A stretch of DNA of 64,000 nt from the NCBI GenBank assembly GCA_964016885.1, contig OZ024743.1, positions 345,402,001 through 345,466,000 of the forward strand, read 5' to 3'. Below the pieces are notes generated by a model. That model did no database searches and had not been told where the DNA came from. It was given only the letters and a program-made list of their open reading frames with translations. Source of the DNA: Eledone cirrhosa. Lineage: Eukaryota. Shown one piece after another: positions 25,203 to 39,012 of the stretch. Every line of letters starts with the position of its first letter. Position 1 is the first letter of the stretch. The position numbers and the translations under genes are program-made.

Positions 25203-25570
25203 TAATTGTTTTTAGTTTTGGCACAAGGCCAGCAATTACCAGTGTATTACTGGTACTTTATTTTATCAACCCCATAAGGATGAAAGGCAAAGTTAACCTC
25301 GGCGGGATTTGAACTCAGAATGGCAAGGGCCGTAACTCTATACGTCAAAGCATGGCGTCCGACCCTCTACCGTTACTGACAATCCACAATAATGGTTTGT
25401 ATACGTATGTCTTAATAATTGTTACTACTTTTGACACAAGGCCAGGAATTACCCAGTACATTACTGGTACTTTATTTTATCGACGGGATTTGAAATCAGA
25501 CCGTAAAGGGACGTAACTATGCTAGAAAGCATGGCGTCCGACTCTCTACCGATACTCCCAATTCATCGCT
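25203..25570 (-). mobile_element. Two tandem short-form SINEs
   Basis: 25203-25388 and 25416-25570, separated and flanked by repeated tatacgtatgtcttaataat. Confidence 0.88.
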
Positions 25571-26607
25571 CTCTGCATATGTCTTAATAATGGTTTTTAT
25601 ACGTATGTCTTCTGTATTCTTGCTCCCATTTTGGGAAATGGCAAAACTCCCAGCGCAATATAGACCCATTAGTAACATAGCCTATATGTGAACGGACTGT
25701 ATTATAGAAAGACTCCAAACTGGCGGAAAACAGGAAAATTGTGTAGGATATATAATGTGATAGATATTATTTCAGTCGATAGAACATCTATCTATCTATA
25801 TATCGATCAATCGATCGATCGATCTATCAATATATATAGAGATAGAGATAGACAGAAAGAGAGAGAGAGAGGAAAGGGAAGCGTTGGAGGGAGAGAGAGA
25901 AAGAGAAATACAGAGAGATAGATATATAGATTGATAGATAGCTGTTAGAAAATAAGAAAGATTAAGCACAGAGGAAAAGTAAGAGAGAGAAAGAAAGAAG
26001 ACAGAAGAAAAGAACGTAAGAAAGACAGAGAGAGAGAGAGAGAGAGGGGGGAGATAGAGGGGAGAGAGTGGGGGGAATATTATTCAGTTGTTTTCTTTTA
26101 TGGTGAAAAGTAAAGAGGATTGCGCTGGTGACTGGTAACTGGTAGGTGGAAGCTGGGTGTTGAGTGTAACTAAATGAAGAGAACATTTGTTAAGTGTTTA
26201 GATTCGTCTAAGAAGCAGAGGGTTGGTTATAGAAATAAATTGGACATTAAAATCCCCAAAATAAAGGAAATTTCGTGTTGCCTTTAAAGTGCATCTACGG
26301 ATAAAAGCAAGACATTGATTTCAGTAAACTAATAAGGAAATAATTATGATATCTCTAAGGTGTATACTCTTCAAGTTTCGGTAAGCTTTTGAAATGTAAA
26401 GATTCTTGAGATGGTGAATTTAATTGCTTATAATAAGGTTATAAAGCGCAGCGTTGGAACATTCTGTAAACTAAGATTCGCCGTACAACGTCAAAGCAAT
26501 GTGAGCAAAGGATAAATGTGTATACATTTTATTTTATTTGTTTATTTGTTCTCATGTTTTAAAATTACTAAATAAATACACAGGTATATTGATAAATCAA
26601 TCAATAG

Positions 26608-26683
<76 letters not shown>

Positions 26684-26699
26684 GTTACAACGAGTCAGG

Positions 26700-26788
26700 G
26701 CCCGACGACTGAGCTCTTTCCGTTTCGACAACTGATTCCAGATTGTTGTCAAAACAACCCGCAGTCAAATGGCCATCTCGTCAGGGGC
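26700..26788 (-). ncRNA. Type I hammerhead ribozyme with extended stem II (family B head)
   Basis: Minus strand reads gccc-CTGACGA-gatggc...(~40 nt)...gttgtc-GAAA-cgg aaagagctcag tcg-TC-gggc, with a GUC cleavage triplet. Confidence 0.75.
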
Positions 26789-26902
26789 GGGATTTAGCTG
26801 ATTGACGTGTCCGTTGGATTGTTGAACTGTCCATATAAGGATAACGGTTCTTGAAATCAATGTCTTTCTTTTATCTATATCTTGTTAAAGAAAAGTTTTA
26901 GA

Positions 26903-27195
26903 ATCCACACGCACAACCACTCCCTGAAAATATATATTTAAAAAATATTTAAATATATAATTGTTTCTACTTTAGACACAAGGTCAGCAATTAACCAGTA
27001 CATTACTGGTACTTTATTTTATCGACCCCGTAAGGATGAAAGGCAAAGTTAACCTGGGCGGGATTTGAACTCAGACTGTAAAGGGACGTAACTATGCTAG
27101 AAAGCATGGCGTCTAACCCTCTACCGATACTGCCAATTCACCGCCCTTATTTAAATATATAAATATATTTTCAGGGAGTGGTTGTGTATGTGGAT
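26903..27195. mobile_element. Small fold-back element interrupted by a SINE (26958-27147, minus)
   Basis: atccacacgcacaaccactccctgaaaatata versus tatattttcagggagtggttgtgtatgtggat. The SINE is flanked by the duplication tatttaaatatataa. Confidence 0.8.
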
Positions 27196-27209
27196 GCGTG
27201 CTTGCGCAA

Positions 27210-27254
<45 letters not shown>

Positions 27255-27751
27255 TGCCTGTCTCTGTCTGTGTCTCTGTCTGTATGTTTCAGTACTTATG
27301 TGGAGATGGGTGTGAAAATCTGTGGTATTGTAGTGGTGAGGGAAGAATTTGGCTGAGTTGGAGAATTGTTAATGGAAATAGGAATCTAGTTTTACTATCA
27401 TCTTGACTCATTGGGGTTTATGTGTATGTGTTTGTGTGTATGCTTGGCGTCGCCATCTCTGCGGTCGAAGTGGTCAGAGAATTTAGCCAGCTTAATCGCA
27501 ATCGTGAAAGCAGGATTGACGCCACCGAAAAAATATCTAACCCTCTCTGACACAAAGCTGCACGGTCATGCATGTACATATTTTATATCTGTCAACAAAA
27601 GAAGCTATATTTTAGCTTTCCCAAAAGATCACTGACAAGCCCGTCGGTATCATGATTGTTCTTGTTGTTACGAATGTGTCTTTTGTTACAATTATTGTTA
27701 TATTTGTTGCTGGTTCTGGTGGTGACTGTTGTGCTGAAACTTATTTTTGCG

Positions 27752-27921
27752 TTAACCTTTAGCATTCATATTACTCTATATTTACTATTTTATTTTCGCA
27801 GCAAAGACATTATCTGACATATTACCTCACATCATAACAAATCTATCAGATTTTGATATTATTCATTTTGAGAACAATATCTTCACATCAGATTAGGCCG
27901 GTTTAAATGCTAAAGGGTTAA
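27752..27921. mobile_element. piggyBac-type MITE
   Basis: TTAA-cctttagcatt ... aatgctaaaggg-TTAA: terminal inverted repeats bounded by a TTAA target site. Confidence 0.75.
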
Positions 27922-28054
27922 TATACAGGCATATGTGAATATTTATGCATTATATTTTATTTTAGAAGAGTTCTAATGTTAGGGAGTTGGCATATGTTTA
28001 AGTATAAATATGGTACCGGGTAAAGTAGGAGAAACTAGGCAGGAAGAAGTGGAC

Positions 28055-28195
28055 AGAAGGAGAAATTTATAGTGTGTTAAATATTTAACATGTTTCTGTA
28101 CAATTACGGGGCCGTCTACATGCGTTGACTGCATTATAGAATGCTCATTCATATGCATTGCTTGTCTGTGATTGCACTTCATCAGAACGATGTTA
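28055..28195 (-). ncRNA. Minimal hammerhead-like motif with a large stem II insert (family D; related copy 30000-30130)
   Basis: Minus strand reads CTGATGA-a-gtgcaat...attgtac-a-GAAA-catg-TT. The second copy has GAAA-catatg-TT and the same gaaggagaaa(a)tttat flank. Stem I is weak. Confidence 0.5.
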
Positions 28196-28334
28196 ATAGG
28201 TCGGAAGAAAAAAATTGACAAACTTCGAGGTGTGGGTACAGCATTTCTGCAATTAGCATTATCTACTACTGACAAAACTTAAGTACAAAACTTTGGTACA
28301 TAGAGAAATTCAGAAACAAATATAATATACAAAT

Positions 28335-28533
28335 AATAGTTTCTTATATAGGCACAAGGCCAACAATTTTAGGGGAGAGGAAAGTCGATTAAATCAACCC
28401 CAGTGCGTGACTGGTACTTTATTTTATTGACCCTGTAAGGATAAAAGGCAGAGTGAAGCTCGGCGGGATTAGAACTTAATCATGAAGGGCCGTAACTCTA
28501 TGCTGTAAAGCATAGCGTCCGATCCCCTACCGG
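28335..28533 (-). mobile_element. Nin/Deu-type SINE, long form
   Basis: Family match; flanking duplication taatatacaaataata. Confidence 0.88.
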
Positions 28534-29828
28534 TAATATACAAATAATAAAAATAGTAAACAAAAAATAGTAAGCAAAAAATAATAGATAAAGAATAAAT
28601 ACAAGAATGACTATAAATATCTAAAATATAGATACAATATTTGTAAGCGGTTTGGGGGGATTACAATCCAAATGGCCAATGAGAAGAATATTAGAGTTGT
28701 AAGAAGAGGGGTTTAGAAAGAGGAACGTTTAAGGCTGGTTAAAAAAACCTACTTAATTCCTATATAGTGGATCGGCGAAGAGAAAATAGATAGAGAAAAT
28801 GTGATGAGGCCGGGGTGACCAGAAATTATGAGATATCGTTAAATTAAGATGCGGGGGGGGGGGGGGGGGCAAGTCATTAGGTTTTATCTAAACAAAAACC
28901 AACAACAGAACAGACAAGAAGAAGACGATCATGTATCTTTGCTAAATATCTTTAATTTCTTTTTGCATGTTTGTTAATGATACGCATAACTTCGTCAGTA
29001 TATACAAGGAAGCTAGAGTCATGTAGCACAAGGTAGATTTCCTTTATTATGCAAGAGCATCGGGTTTGAATTTAGCAGTTATTTTCGGTCTCATGGAACG
29101 CTCATCTTAATAGAGCGTCTCCTAAATATTCTCCATTATCTATTTGTGAGGAAAATGCTTATCTATCAGGTGGGGGAGAACATCTTACCTACATTAGTCC
29201 TTAAAGTTAAGGGAGTAATTGAACCCCGCATCTCTCTGATGCAGTAAGAGTACGTCAAGCATTTTGCTAAGGTACCCCACGCCACCATTTGTTAAGCTTG
29301 CTGCTTGCCATTACACCAAAACCTGTCTATAATGTGTGTATTCGTATTAGTATCAACATTATAATATTTTTATATTTTTACCTATTAAAAGCCTCAAATT
29401 AATCACGACCAACAACATGAGAACTTACATACACATGTGCACATACACATATATGCGCACGTGCACGCACGCATATATATATATATATATATGATGTGTG
29501 CGTGTGTGTGTGTGTGTGTGCGTGTGTGTGTGTATATGTAGAGAGGGATATCATATTTACTTTACATCACACATGAACCTGTATACATGAATCTAATATT
29601 TGAAGATATCCTATCGCAGTGTTGATAATGAGATGAAGTGTATATGCACGTATTCACGTCTAAGTGATTTTTTCTGAAACAAACATAATTAATACGTTGG
29701 TAAAAAATTAGCAAATTTTAAATTAATATGCATGCCATGATTAATTTTCAGTGCATTACGTTTTCATTGTATAATATATACATATATATGTGTATATATC
29801 TTATCTCTCTAATCTCTCCTTCTTGATT

Positions 29829-29933
<105 letters not shown>

Positions 29934-30291
29934 TTACAATAGTAACAGGTATATTACCAGGAAGAACAGGAAGGAAGGAATAGGCAAGAAGTAATATTTA
30001 GAAGGAGAAAATTTATTTAGAGTTCGTTCCTTAACATATGTTTCTGCACAATATCAGTCTACAAGCGCTAACTATATAGTCCCATGTTCAATAATACGCA
30101 TTAAATAAAATTTTCCACTTCATCAGAAAGAGTAGAATGTTCATAGTCCAAGGTGAGGTCGCTACATTTTGCAATAAAAATCGCTAAATGCTACCTACTC
30201 GGACCTATAGTGAACTCATATATATATATATATATATTCAAGCATACACTCTTACACAGACCGACAGAGTCACACACACAGACTCATATAA

Positions 30292-30366
<75 letters not shown>

Positions 30367-30831
30367 TTAGAAAGAGAGAGTGAGAGGGGGAGAGAGGGAG
30401 AGAGAGAGATGTAGATTGATGCATACAATTTTGAACTTCCTTAAGCAATATATAGAGAATGGCTCTATGTTTTTAAATGTGTCCAATTTAGTGCACAATT
30501 TATTATACCCTCGTTAGTGCTTACACTAGGCAAGAGATTAGTTTACCACAGTCCTAGTTTGTACACTTTATATATAGCAATAAGCTATTAATATTTCTGA
30601 GAACAAATAATTGTCTTTCAGCTAAAATCCGCAAATGTCTATAAGCTTGCCAGAACAATCCCAGTTTTGCTGTCGATGAAATAAAGCCTGAAGTGTAACA
30701 ACTTGTTTCATAGCAAAAAATGGTTCTCTCCATATTTTGAAAACATTGGGTTGTTTAATTTTGCATTATTTAATGCACGTACACAAAAACGCACACACAC
30801 ACACACACACAGACACACAGAGACACACACA

Positions 30832-30952
<121 letters not shown>

Positions 30953-31469
30953 GTTTATATGCTCCACGCTATTCGTTCCGGATCTCTGCGCTATTATTTC
31001 AAATTTCGTCGAGGCCAATTTTATTGGGTAGTGGCAAATAATGTACCAGTACTGATCGGACACAGAGAAAAATGTACTAAACCTTGTCGAAACTGTTCAA
31101 AGTAGGAGTTTAAACAGAAGGAAAGAATGGACATACATACTACATTCATAGTTAATTAAATCATATATAACAAATATATCCAAGCCCTATTATAGATAAA
31201 GCCAGAAATAGGAAGGCAAAGACTCAATGAGTCTTAAATCATATAGTAGCGTCTTTAAAACAAATCAAAGATGAACTATATCGGAAATAATACAGGATGG
31301 TCGTAGCTATTATGCCTTTGTTCGTTAGTATGGACCTTCCAGGCTGACGAAGGGCAAACACAACAAGGTTTCGCACTCCTATAACTGGCTCCATACATTG
31401 TTTTTTTCCATACATTAGCCAGTAAAAGTTTATTCTCACACACATGCACTCACGCCCAGGAACAGACAC

Positions 31470-31838
31470 AGACACGCACACACATACACACACACTGGCA
31501 CAGACACAGACACACACACACACTCACACACACGCACTGACACATACACACACACACACACAGACACACTCACACACTCACACATACGCACTGACACATA
31601 CATACACACACTCACACACACGCACTGACACATACACACACACACACTCACACACACGCACTGACATACACACACACACACACACACGCACTCACACACA
31701 CGCACTGACACATACACACACACACACTCACACACTCACACACGCACTGACACATACATACACACACTCACACACACACGCACTGACACACACACCCACA
31801 CACTCACACACACGCACTGACACATACACACACACACT
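31470..31838. repeat. CA-derived minisatellite, unit ~cacacacgcactgacacata
   Basis: About 8 recurrences of gcactgacaca within a (CA)n background. Confidence 0.8.
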
Positions 31839-31849
31839 TATATATATTA

Positions 31850-32036
31850 TTTATCCCGAGTTCCATCGGGGGTAACCACAGTAAGATACTCAATACACAG
31901 CAGAGTATAAATATTTGATATAGAAATCGCTTCTACAGGACTAGAACTGTTTCATTCTAGAAAAATGATTAGGAAAGCCCTTTTCTGAAGATTTCTTCCG
32001 AATGAAACAGTTCTAGTCCTGTATAAGCTATTTCTA
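31850..32036. mobile_element. Fold-back hammerhead element, family A
   Basis: Tail cgggggtaaccacagtaagatactcaatac plus an inverted pair. The plus arm reads CTGAAGA-tttcttccgaat-GAAA-cagttctagtcctg-TA. Confidence 0.8.
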
Positions 32037-32044
32037 CATTAAAC

Positions 32045-32141
<97 letters not shown>

Positions 32142-33189
32142 TGTGTGTGTTGTGCGTGCGTATGTGTGTGTTTTTGTGTGCTTATGTTTGTCTTTGCATG
32201 AATAAGCCAGATGGTGGTGTGCTGAGTGCCGGTCGCGATAAATTGTTCTTTTGTTCACGTTCCTCTTCAATCAGCTCATGGTATATATATGTATGCAAAG
32301 ATCGTGTGAGAATGTTTTCCCATCATCAAACCTAATCAATATACATTGGGAATTAAAATAACTATTCGTTTCAGTGATGCTTCGAAGAAGGATTAAAATT
32401 CAACGACTGCTGGTTAACTTGCCATCTTTCACAGGAGGTCGACAATACAATGAATTGCTGTGTTGTTGAAGTAAACTAAATTAACATACCCCGAATGCAA
32501 GATATTTTTCATGTCTCTATCTTCGAAAGCATTACAGGTTTTGTGGTTGTGACCGAAAATGAAAGACAGCTATGACCTAGTGTGTTAGAAATATCCATGA
32601 GTATACGGGGGAATATGGTGGGATATGTTAGCGACCCATGGAATACTGTGTTGATAGTGTTGAACCGAGAAAGAACTGTCAGCGACCACTTCAGCATATA
32701 ATATCATATGAATATTCGGATCAGATGAAGAGATGTATACGTAAAGCAGAAGTAGGCATTTTAATAAATATTTTCTTAAACGAAACACAAATAAAACATA
32801 TGGGATATCAAGGGTATCTACCTCCCTTTCAGTGACGATGTGAAGAGCAAGCAAACATGAGTTTAGGAACGCATGAAAGTTTCTTTAATAAAGTTTTGAC
32901 ACGACAAAAAGAGAAAGAGCCCGTCGATCGACGTGATGGTAGTTAATAACTGTTCACATACATTTTAAATAGTTGAAATAGATAGTACAGTCTCTCTCTT
33001 TGAGAGAATGAGAGACTTTGTATGTAGATTGATGTGATTGTAACTAAACACTTCCTCTAAAATAGTTCTAATTCAAGAATGGATTTTATCCATTATTTAA
33101 CATTCTGAAATTAACTTATAAAAAACTAATAAAATTTGAATCTGGTATATTTGAATATTTAAAGAAAACACGTGAGTACCAGGTGTTGA

Positions 33190-33268
<79 letters not shown>

Positions 33269-33300
33269 GAATAAATGTCACACACGTTTTCAAACACACG

Positions 33301-33397
<97 letters not shown>

Positions 33398-33989
33398 CTG
33401 TGTGTGTATACAAGTTGACACATTCAAATATTAATTAATAATACCCGTAATTCAATTAAGGATTATTCAACAGTAATTGTTGTTGTTTTTAATTTCGTTT
33501 GTGTAATATAGTCGTTAACCTAATAACTTTAATTATCCCAAGAACTAATTTGTGTTCAATAAATGGAAAAGAGATCAACAGATATCTCAATTAAAGTATG
33601 TTACGTTGGTTATCTTTTATTTTATTGTAATTATTTCTTCGTTGCTAATAAGAGAGCTGATGAAGTTTTATTTCCAGTAATGGAAGGGATTTGTATCGAG
33701 TCGACTGGGAGAACGAAGGATGTAATTGATTGTGTATGTATGTATGTGTTATATCAGAGTTTTCCTTCTCCTAGAATTCTGCCTTGACAAAGGCTAAGGG
33801 GTCATCTCTCCCGGTGATTTTGGATGGCCATTGACTCTTAAGAGCTCTTTTGCCCTTTGACAGGTTTTGTTTTTAGTCCTGCAGGATGTCCAAAGTCACC
33901 CTCCTCACCAAGAAACCATGGTGATATCCAATGATGGTATCCAATGATGTTGACTTAATATCATCTTGGTTAAGAGAGTGGGACTGGCT

Positions 33990-34200
33990 TTGTGCAGTGC
34001 CTTTGCTCACTAAAAAAGCTTCACGGCACAGGCATTGCTTTATATCTGGAGATCTCTCTGCACTTGTCGTCACATGGTACCATGGGCCCAGCACTATGTG
34101 TCAATAATTGTCACAAGTGTAGTGTTTGTACCAGAGTTTTCAAGTCGCTGGCTGGACTAAAAAATCACACTCGTTCAGCGCATCGGTAGGGGTTCTCGTA
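33990..34200 (+). pseudogene. Probable RTE-type LINE 3' relic with terminal C2H2 finger
   Basis: CSVCTRVFKSLAGLKNHTRSAHR*: an isolated C2H2 motif directly before a stop. Confidence 0.4.
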
Positions 34201-34328
34201 CATGGATATAAAGTAGTGGCCGTACTCGAAAACGAGTTGGCAGCCACCATGTATGTATGTGTGCGTGTATTATATGTATATACATAGGGCTAGCAGGATG
34301 GATATATGAGTGTGTGTGTATATATATA

Positions 34329-34357
<29 letters not shown>

Positions 34358-34359
<2 letters not shown>

Positions 34360-34546
34360 ACGAAGGAAATGTGGTAAGGAACCAGGTGGACCATAACGCA
34401 CCAATACTTGAGGTAGTAGAGTGGGTAATAGGAACCAGTAAGACCCCGACAGCTGAGCTCAAGCCGTTTCGACGGCTAATTCTGGACTCGAGTCCAGAAT
34501 TAGACGTCGAAACGGCTTGAGTTCAGCTGTCGGGGTCTTACTGGTT

Positions 34547-34550
<4 letters not shown>
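34358..34550. mobile_element. Family B fold-back element: 122 bp palindrome plus tail
   Basis: 34429-34550 is a spacerless palindrome centred on ctcgag (2 mismatches). Each arm carries gtc-GAAA-cggct tgag(c/t)tc agctg-TC-gggg. (TA)n lies on both sides. Confidence 0.9.
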
Positions 34551-34588
<38 letters not shown>

Positions 34589-34642
34589 AATGAAAATATT
34601 ACGAAAGATAATACAGACTGTTAGAACATGTTTATACAATAA

Positions 34643-34683
34643 GCTCCTACGTACGTTTCGCCCGAAAAGGGTTTCTCAAGAGC
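34643..34683 (-). ncRNA. Hammerhead-like motif, U3-A8 variant
   Basis: Minus strand reads gctc-TTGAGAA-accc ttttc gggc-GAAA-cgtacg-TA-ggagc; one mismatch in stem II and a 1-nt offset in stem I. Confidence 0.55.
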
Positions 34684-34986
34684 ATACAATGCAAGAAAGT
34701 GTTCAATACAGAACCCAGAAGGGGTTTTAAGATGATAACAACATCGAAGTTCATGTTTATCTCAAACACACATGGTTGTTTGTATCATAGAGCAAGGGGA
34801 GTAACTCTGACCGGTGTTTGAATATGTGTCCCTAAACGACTTATCATCCATTCACATGATAATTATTCTCCACTTCTTGTTTATGGGTGCCAATTTACTA
34901 CTGCTTAGTCAGGCCAGATCTAGGGGGCATAGTTAATGTGTGAGGGTATAAAAAAGAAAATTTTGCTCTACATGGCTGAATAAAAT

Positions 34987-35372
34987 AAATGTAATCTGAA
35001 TTTTTCGAATATTAATAATCGTTTCTACTATTGGCACAATGCCAGCAATTAACCAGTACATTACTGGTACCCTATTTTATCGACCCCGTAAGGATGAAAG
35101 GCAAAGTTAACCTCGGTGGGATTTGAACTCAGAATGGCAAGGACCGTAACTCTATGCGTCAAAGCATGGTTTGCAATTATGCAAACAAGCCTCAATGTTA
35201 TAGCCATGTCAGTAGAATAAACACTTTATTCTTGCTCTTATATTCGCATCCAACATAAGAGCAAAAATGAAGTGTTCATTCTACTGACATGGCTATAAAA
35301 TAGAGGTTGTTTGCATAATTGCAAACGAATCGAATGTTATTATTAATATTCGAAAAACTCAGATTACATTTA
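34987..35372. mobile_element. Fold-back element interrupted by a SINE (35016-35170, minus)
   Basis: aaatgtaatctgaatttttcgaatattaataat [SINE] gtttgcaattatgc...gctcttat is mirrored by ataagagc...gcataattgcaaac...aatattcgaaaaactcagattacattt. Another arm copy lies at 43714-43780. Confidence 0.85.
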
Positions 35373-35427
35373 TATATATATATATAAATAAATGTATGGA
35401 GAGAGAGAGAGAGAGAGAGGGAGAGAC

Positions 35428-35513
<86 letters not shown>

Positions 35514-35747
35514 TGAGAGAGAGAGAGAGCATGGCGAGTGAGCATTGTCTTCATAACGATCAAAGTGAGAAAGGTCCACCATGTACAGATTACTCGCCTG
35601 TGCTTCTGCTGGAATCCACCTGATGCCTCTAGTCATCATCTAACAAAATGCGTAGCCAAAGGCTTTCAGATTTTAATAGTAAATATACAGTATATCCCGA
35701 GATATACAAAATTCACATACTTATTACAACTATGTCGGGGCGAAAAC

Positions 35748-35789
<42 letters not shown>

Positions 35790-35998
35790 AACATTTGTAT
35801 TCGCTCTGAGTGTCACGAATGTGTGTGTATATATATATACATACAGAAATAACGAAGCAAAACGTACAGTACAATGATGAAATATATTAGTTTAAAGCTA
35901 TATACAGTCGGGACAGAGTCTTGACGTTTTTGACATTAGTCCTTCGCTAAAAGAAAGAATGAGAAATGAAAATGAAAAAAGAGAGAAACGGAAAAAAT

Positions 35999-36095
<97 letters not shown>

Positions 36096-36191
36096 CTCAA
36101 TATATATACATATATATATCTATGTATATATAAATGTATATATATATGTGTATATATATATGTATATATATATATATGTATATATATATGC

Positions 36192-36232
<41 letters not shown>

Positions 36233-36489
36233 CGCACACACACATATAGACACACTCACACATATACAGAGACACACATATGTATATATATATACATATA
36301 TATACATATATATTAATTTTTCCATTCTGTGTGTTTTTATAACTCGAAGTATTCCACGGAGGCACTATTTTCACTATCTAATTTCTAATTCTCCGCTGTT
36401 TGAAAACAAAAGCTAAAAGCTTTGTATCTTATATATATGTATTCATACGCTATAATTATAATTCTTGAAATTGAATGGAAATTTCTGTG

Positions 36490-36665
36490 AGTGGCGTATC
36501 AATGTAATGATAACACAATGGCCACGGTAGCCGGAGATGTGAGTTCGTGTCCCATGTACGTCAATGCTCATTCATTTTTCAATTTTGACGGTTTTTATAA
36601 TTCCAATTATTAGGCTAATTTATTTAGTCAAAAATACAACGGAGGCACTATTTTCCTATCTAATA
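36490..36665 (+). mobile_element. Possible second tRNA-derived SINE
   Basis: tggcgtatcaatg...gagttcgtgtccc looks like A/B boxes; acggaggcactattttc is repeated at 36356 and 36639. Confidence 0.35.
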
Positions 36666-36769
36666 TATGGCCTCCTAAAAGAATATTAGAATATATAGAT
36701 ATCTAAATATATAAACACAAAGGCAGAAAAGAAAGTGAAAGGGGGAAAGGGCAGCAGAAAGGAATTGTT

Positions 36770-36930
36770 TGAGAGATATGTATTTTAAATTATAAAAAAG
36801 AAAATGATCAAAAGACCGAATGGTTTAATAATAGAATTAATGAATTATTCGAAGATTTCAATCTTAAAGCAACAATTAAAACCAATCTAAACGTTGTTAA
36901 TTCTTCTGAACTTGAATTTGACCTCATTAA
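36770..36930 (+). pseudogene. Penelope-like RT relic fragment
   Basis: QKTEWFNNRINELFEDFNLKATIKTNLNVVNS..FDL, homologous to the RT relic at 44720-45295. Confidence 0.45.
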
Positions 36931-36992
36931 GAGCACTTTGCAACTGTCAACCGTACGTCATACACACACACCACACACTCACACACACACTT

Positions 36993-37102
<110 letters not shown>

Positions 37103-38559
37103 GAAATAAAATAACAGGAGGCTGGACTGGTGTAAATCCTTGAAAAGTTTATTATACTATGATCATTTCAATGACCGGGTTACATATGAATCCGGTGATA
37201 TCATCAGGTATTGGAATATAACAAAGGAATATGTAAAAAACCATGGGTCCGAAAAATCAGAGACAGAGACAAAGAGGGCGACTGACCAACTAGCTTCTCG
37301 GCCAGTCGCCCTCAGAGTGTTGGCAACTGAATCTACTAATGAATATCTGGTGACGGGGCGAAGGCTTATAATGCACTACCACCACTCCGTCAAAGAAAAA
37401 GGAGAAGAACGAAAGGGAGAAAGAAGTCAGCGTAAGGCTCACACTACATTCATGCTAGAAAATGCCGCGAAAAAAAGCTACCCCAAAGAATCTATAATGG
37501 GTGTCTGTATGGTCTAATGTGTGAACCGAAGATTGGAACGTTAAACTTATGTTGCGAGTTATAGGATGAAATTAAATTAAATTAAAAATATTAAATTGCA
37601 AAATGATAAATTGAAAAATAATTTATTAAAGAATTAAAGATTAAGGTACTGAGATTTATTTATTTAATAAACTTACGGAGAGAGTCTTATATGAAAAAAT
37701 GTATCTCGATAAGATATTAGGATGGGATATAGAGTAAAGATTTCGATTAGGAGTCCCAGCTAGCACACCCCCACCATGAGTCAGCCAGTCTCGAGTGGTA
37801 TCGTCCAGCGAAAAAATTGGAAATTAATTTTTCCGAGTACTCTAGGAACGTAGCTACCTTAGACCCCGGGAGCGCTAGCGGGAACTCCACAATTTCGACA
37901 GGCCATCGTCTATACAAAAGGAATACTATTAAATCACACATGAAGGGTTTATTTACGTGCCAGTAGAGGCATGATACAGCTAATAGTTATGCCCAAACCT
38001 GAGTTTGTAGGTACAAGTATAATGTGGCGGCCAAAAAACAGGCGGCGCGGTGGGACCGGGTCAAATTTATCCGCTCCGAGTAATTTTGTTTACCGAAAGA
38101 GGAGAAATTTATTCTTCCGAGCACTCAAGGAAAGCTGAACTTTCCGAGTGCCCAGCGCGCAGCCGGGAAAAGCCACCACACAAGTCGAAGGTAGCAACCC
38201 AATGAAAAGTGCAAATAGACCAAAATTATTTGAAAATCCCAGTTAGTCCGGGTTATAAGTAGTGTGGTTCTTAGGTGGGTAGGGGGCTATGAAAGGTGCA
38301 TAATGACCTGAGTAAGGAAAAGTTACAAAAAATAATAAAAGCAGCATACAAAGATAGAATACCAATATAAAGATAGAATACATTGATAAAAATACATTAA
38401 TAAAATAATAAAAAAATAATAAAATAATAAAAAAAAATATATATACATTAATGAAATAATAAAAAAAATTAATAAAGGTAAATAAGAATCAATATAGATC
38501 AAGTTGTAGTAAGATAATACAAGTTGTACATATAGATATAGATATAGAGGATGGACGAG

Positions 38560-38880
38560 ATTGAATGCTAACAGGTTGTACCTAGTGTAAAGTTCGGGTA
38601 TCCGAATTCGCTGCGAGTTAAAAAAAGTCCTGAGGTATAGAGTAGAGAATTCAGTCAATACAATACATGTTTTAGTATAATACGTAGAGTTTTGTCGGAA
38701 TCGGAATCATCCCGACAAGGAAGTAGTATCAGGTGGCGGTAGATAAGGCGCAGAGCAACCAAAATCCGAATGGTAAGTAGATCAGTTAATCCCATGCTGG
38801 TAATAGCTGTACACTGAAGGCAGTGCCGCTGTTCAATATTACATTTTGAAGTGCTCAATATTATAGGTGCATTATTTCTA
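38560..38880 (-). pseudogene. Possible Jockey-group LINE 3' relic
   Basis: Fragments SVYSYYQHG and TLYLRTFFNS..YNLLAF resemble the pattern LFYRYYHG...YxxSFF...YNLxxFK. Confidence 0.3.
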
Positions 38881-38906
38881 TAGGTTTGTTGGTTCACATA
38901 TATAAA

Positions 38907-38957
38907 AGCTTCTACAGGACTAGAACTGTTTCATTCGTGAGAAATCATCAGGAAGCT
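38907..38957 (-). ncRNA. Type I hammerhead ribozyme (minus strand)
   Basis: agcttc-CTGATGA-tttc tcac gaat-GAAA-cag ttctagtc ctg-TA-gaagct. Confidence 0.78.
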
Positions 38958-38961
38958 CGCG

Positions 38962-39012
38962 GGCTTCCTGATGATTTCTCACGAATGAAACAGTTCTAGA
39001 CCTGTAGAAGCT
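38962..39012 (+). ncRNA. Type I hammerhead ribozyme (plus strand)
   Basis: ggcttc-CTGATGA-tttc tcac gaat-GAAA-cag ttctagac ctg-TA-gaagct. Confidence 0.78.

Noticed and set aside
25140-25620. CRISPR-like repeat-spacer pattern
   Set aside because: The spacers are SINE copies and the repeats are target duplications. The context is eukaryotic with no cas genes.
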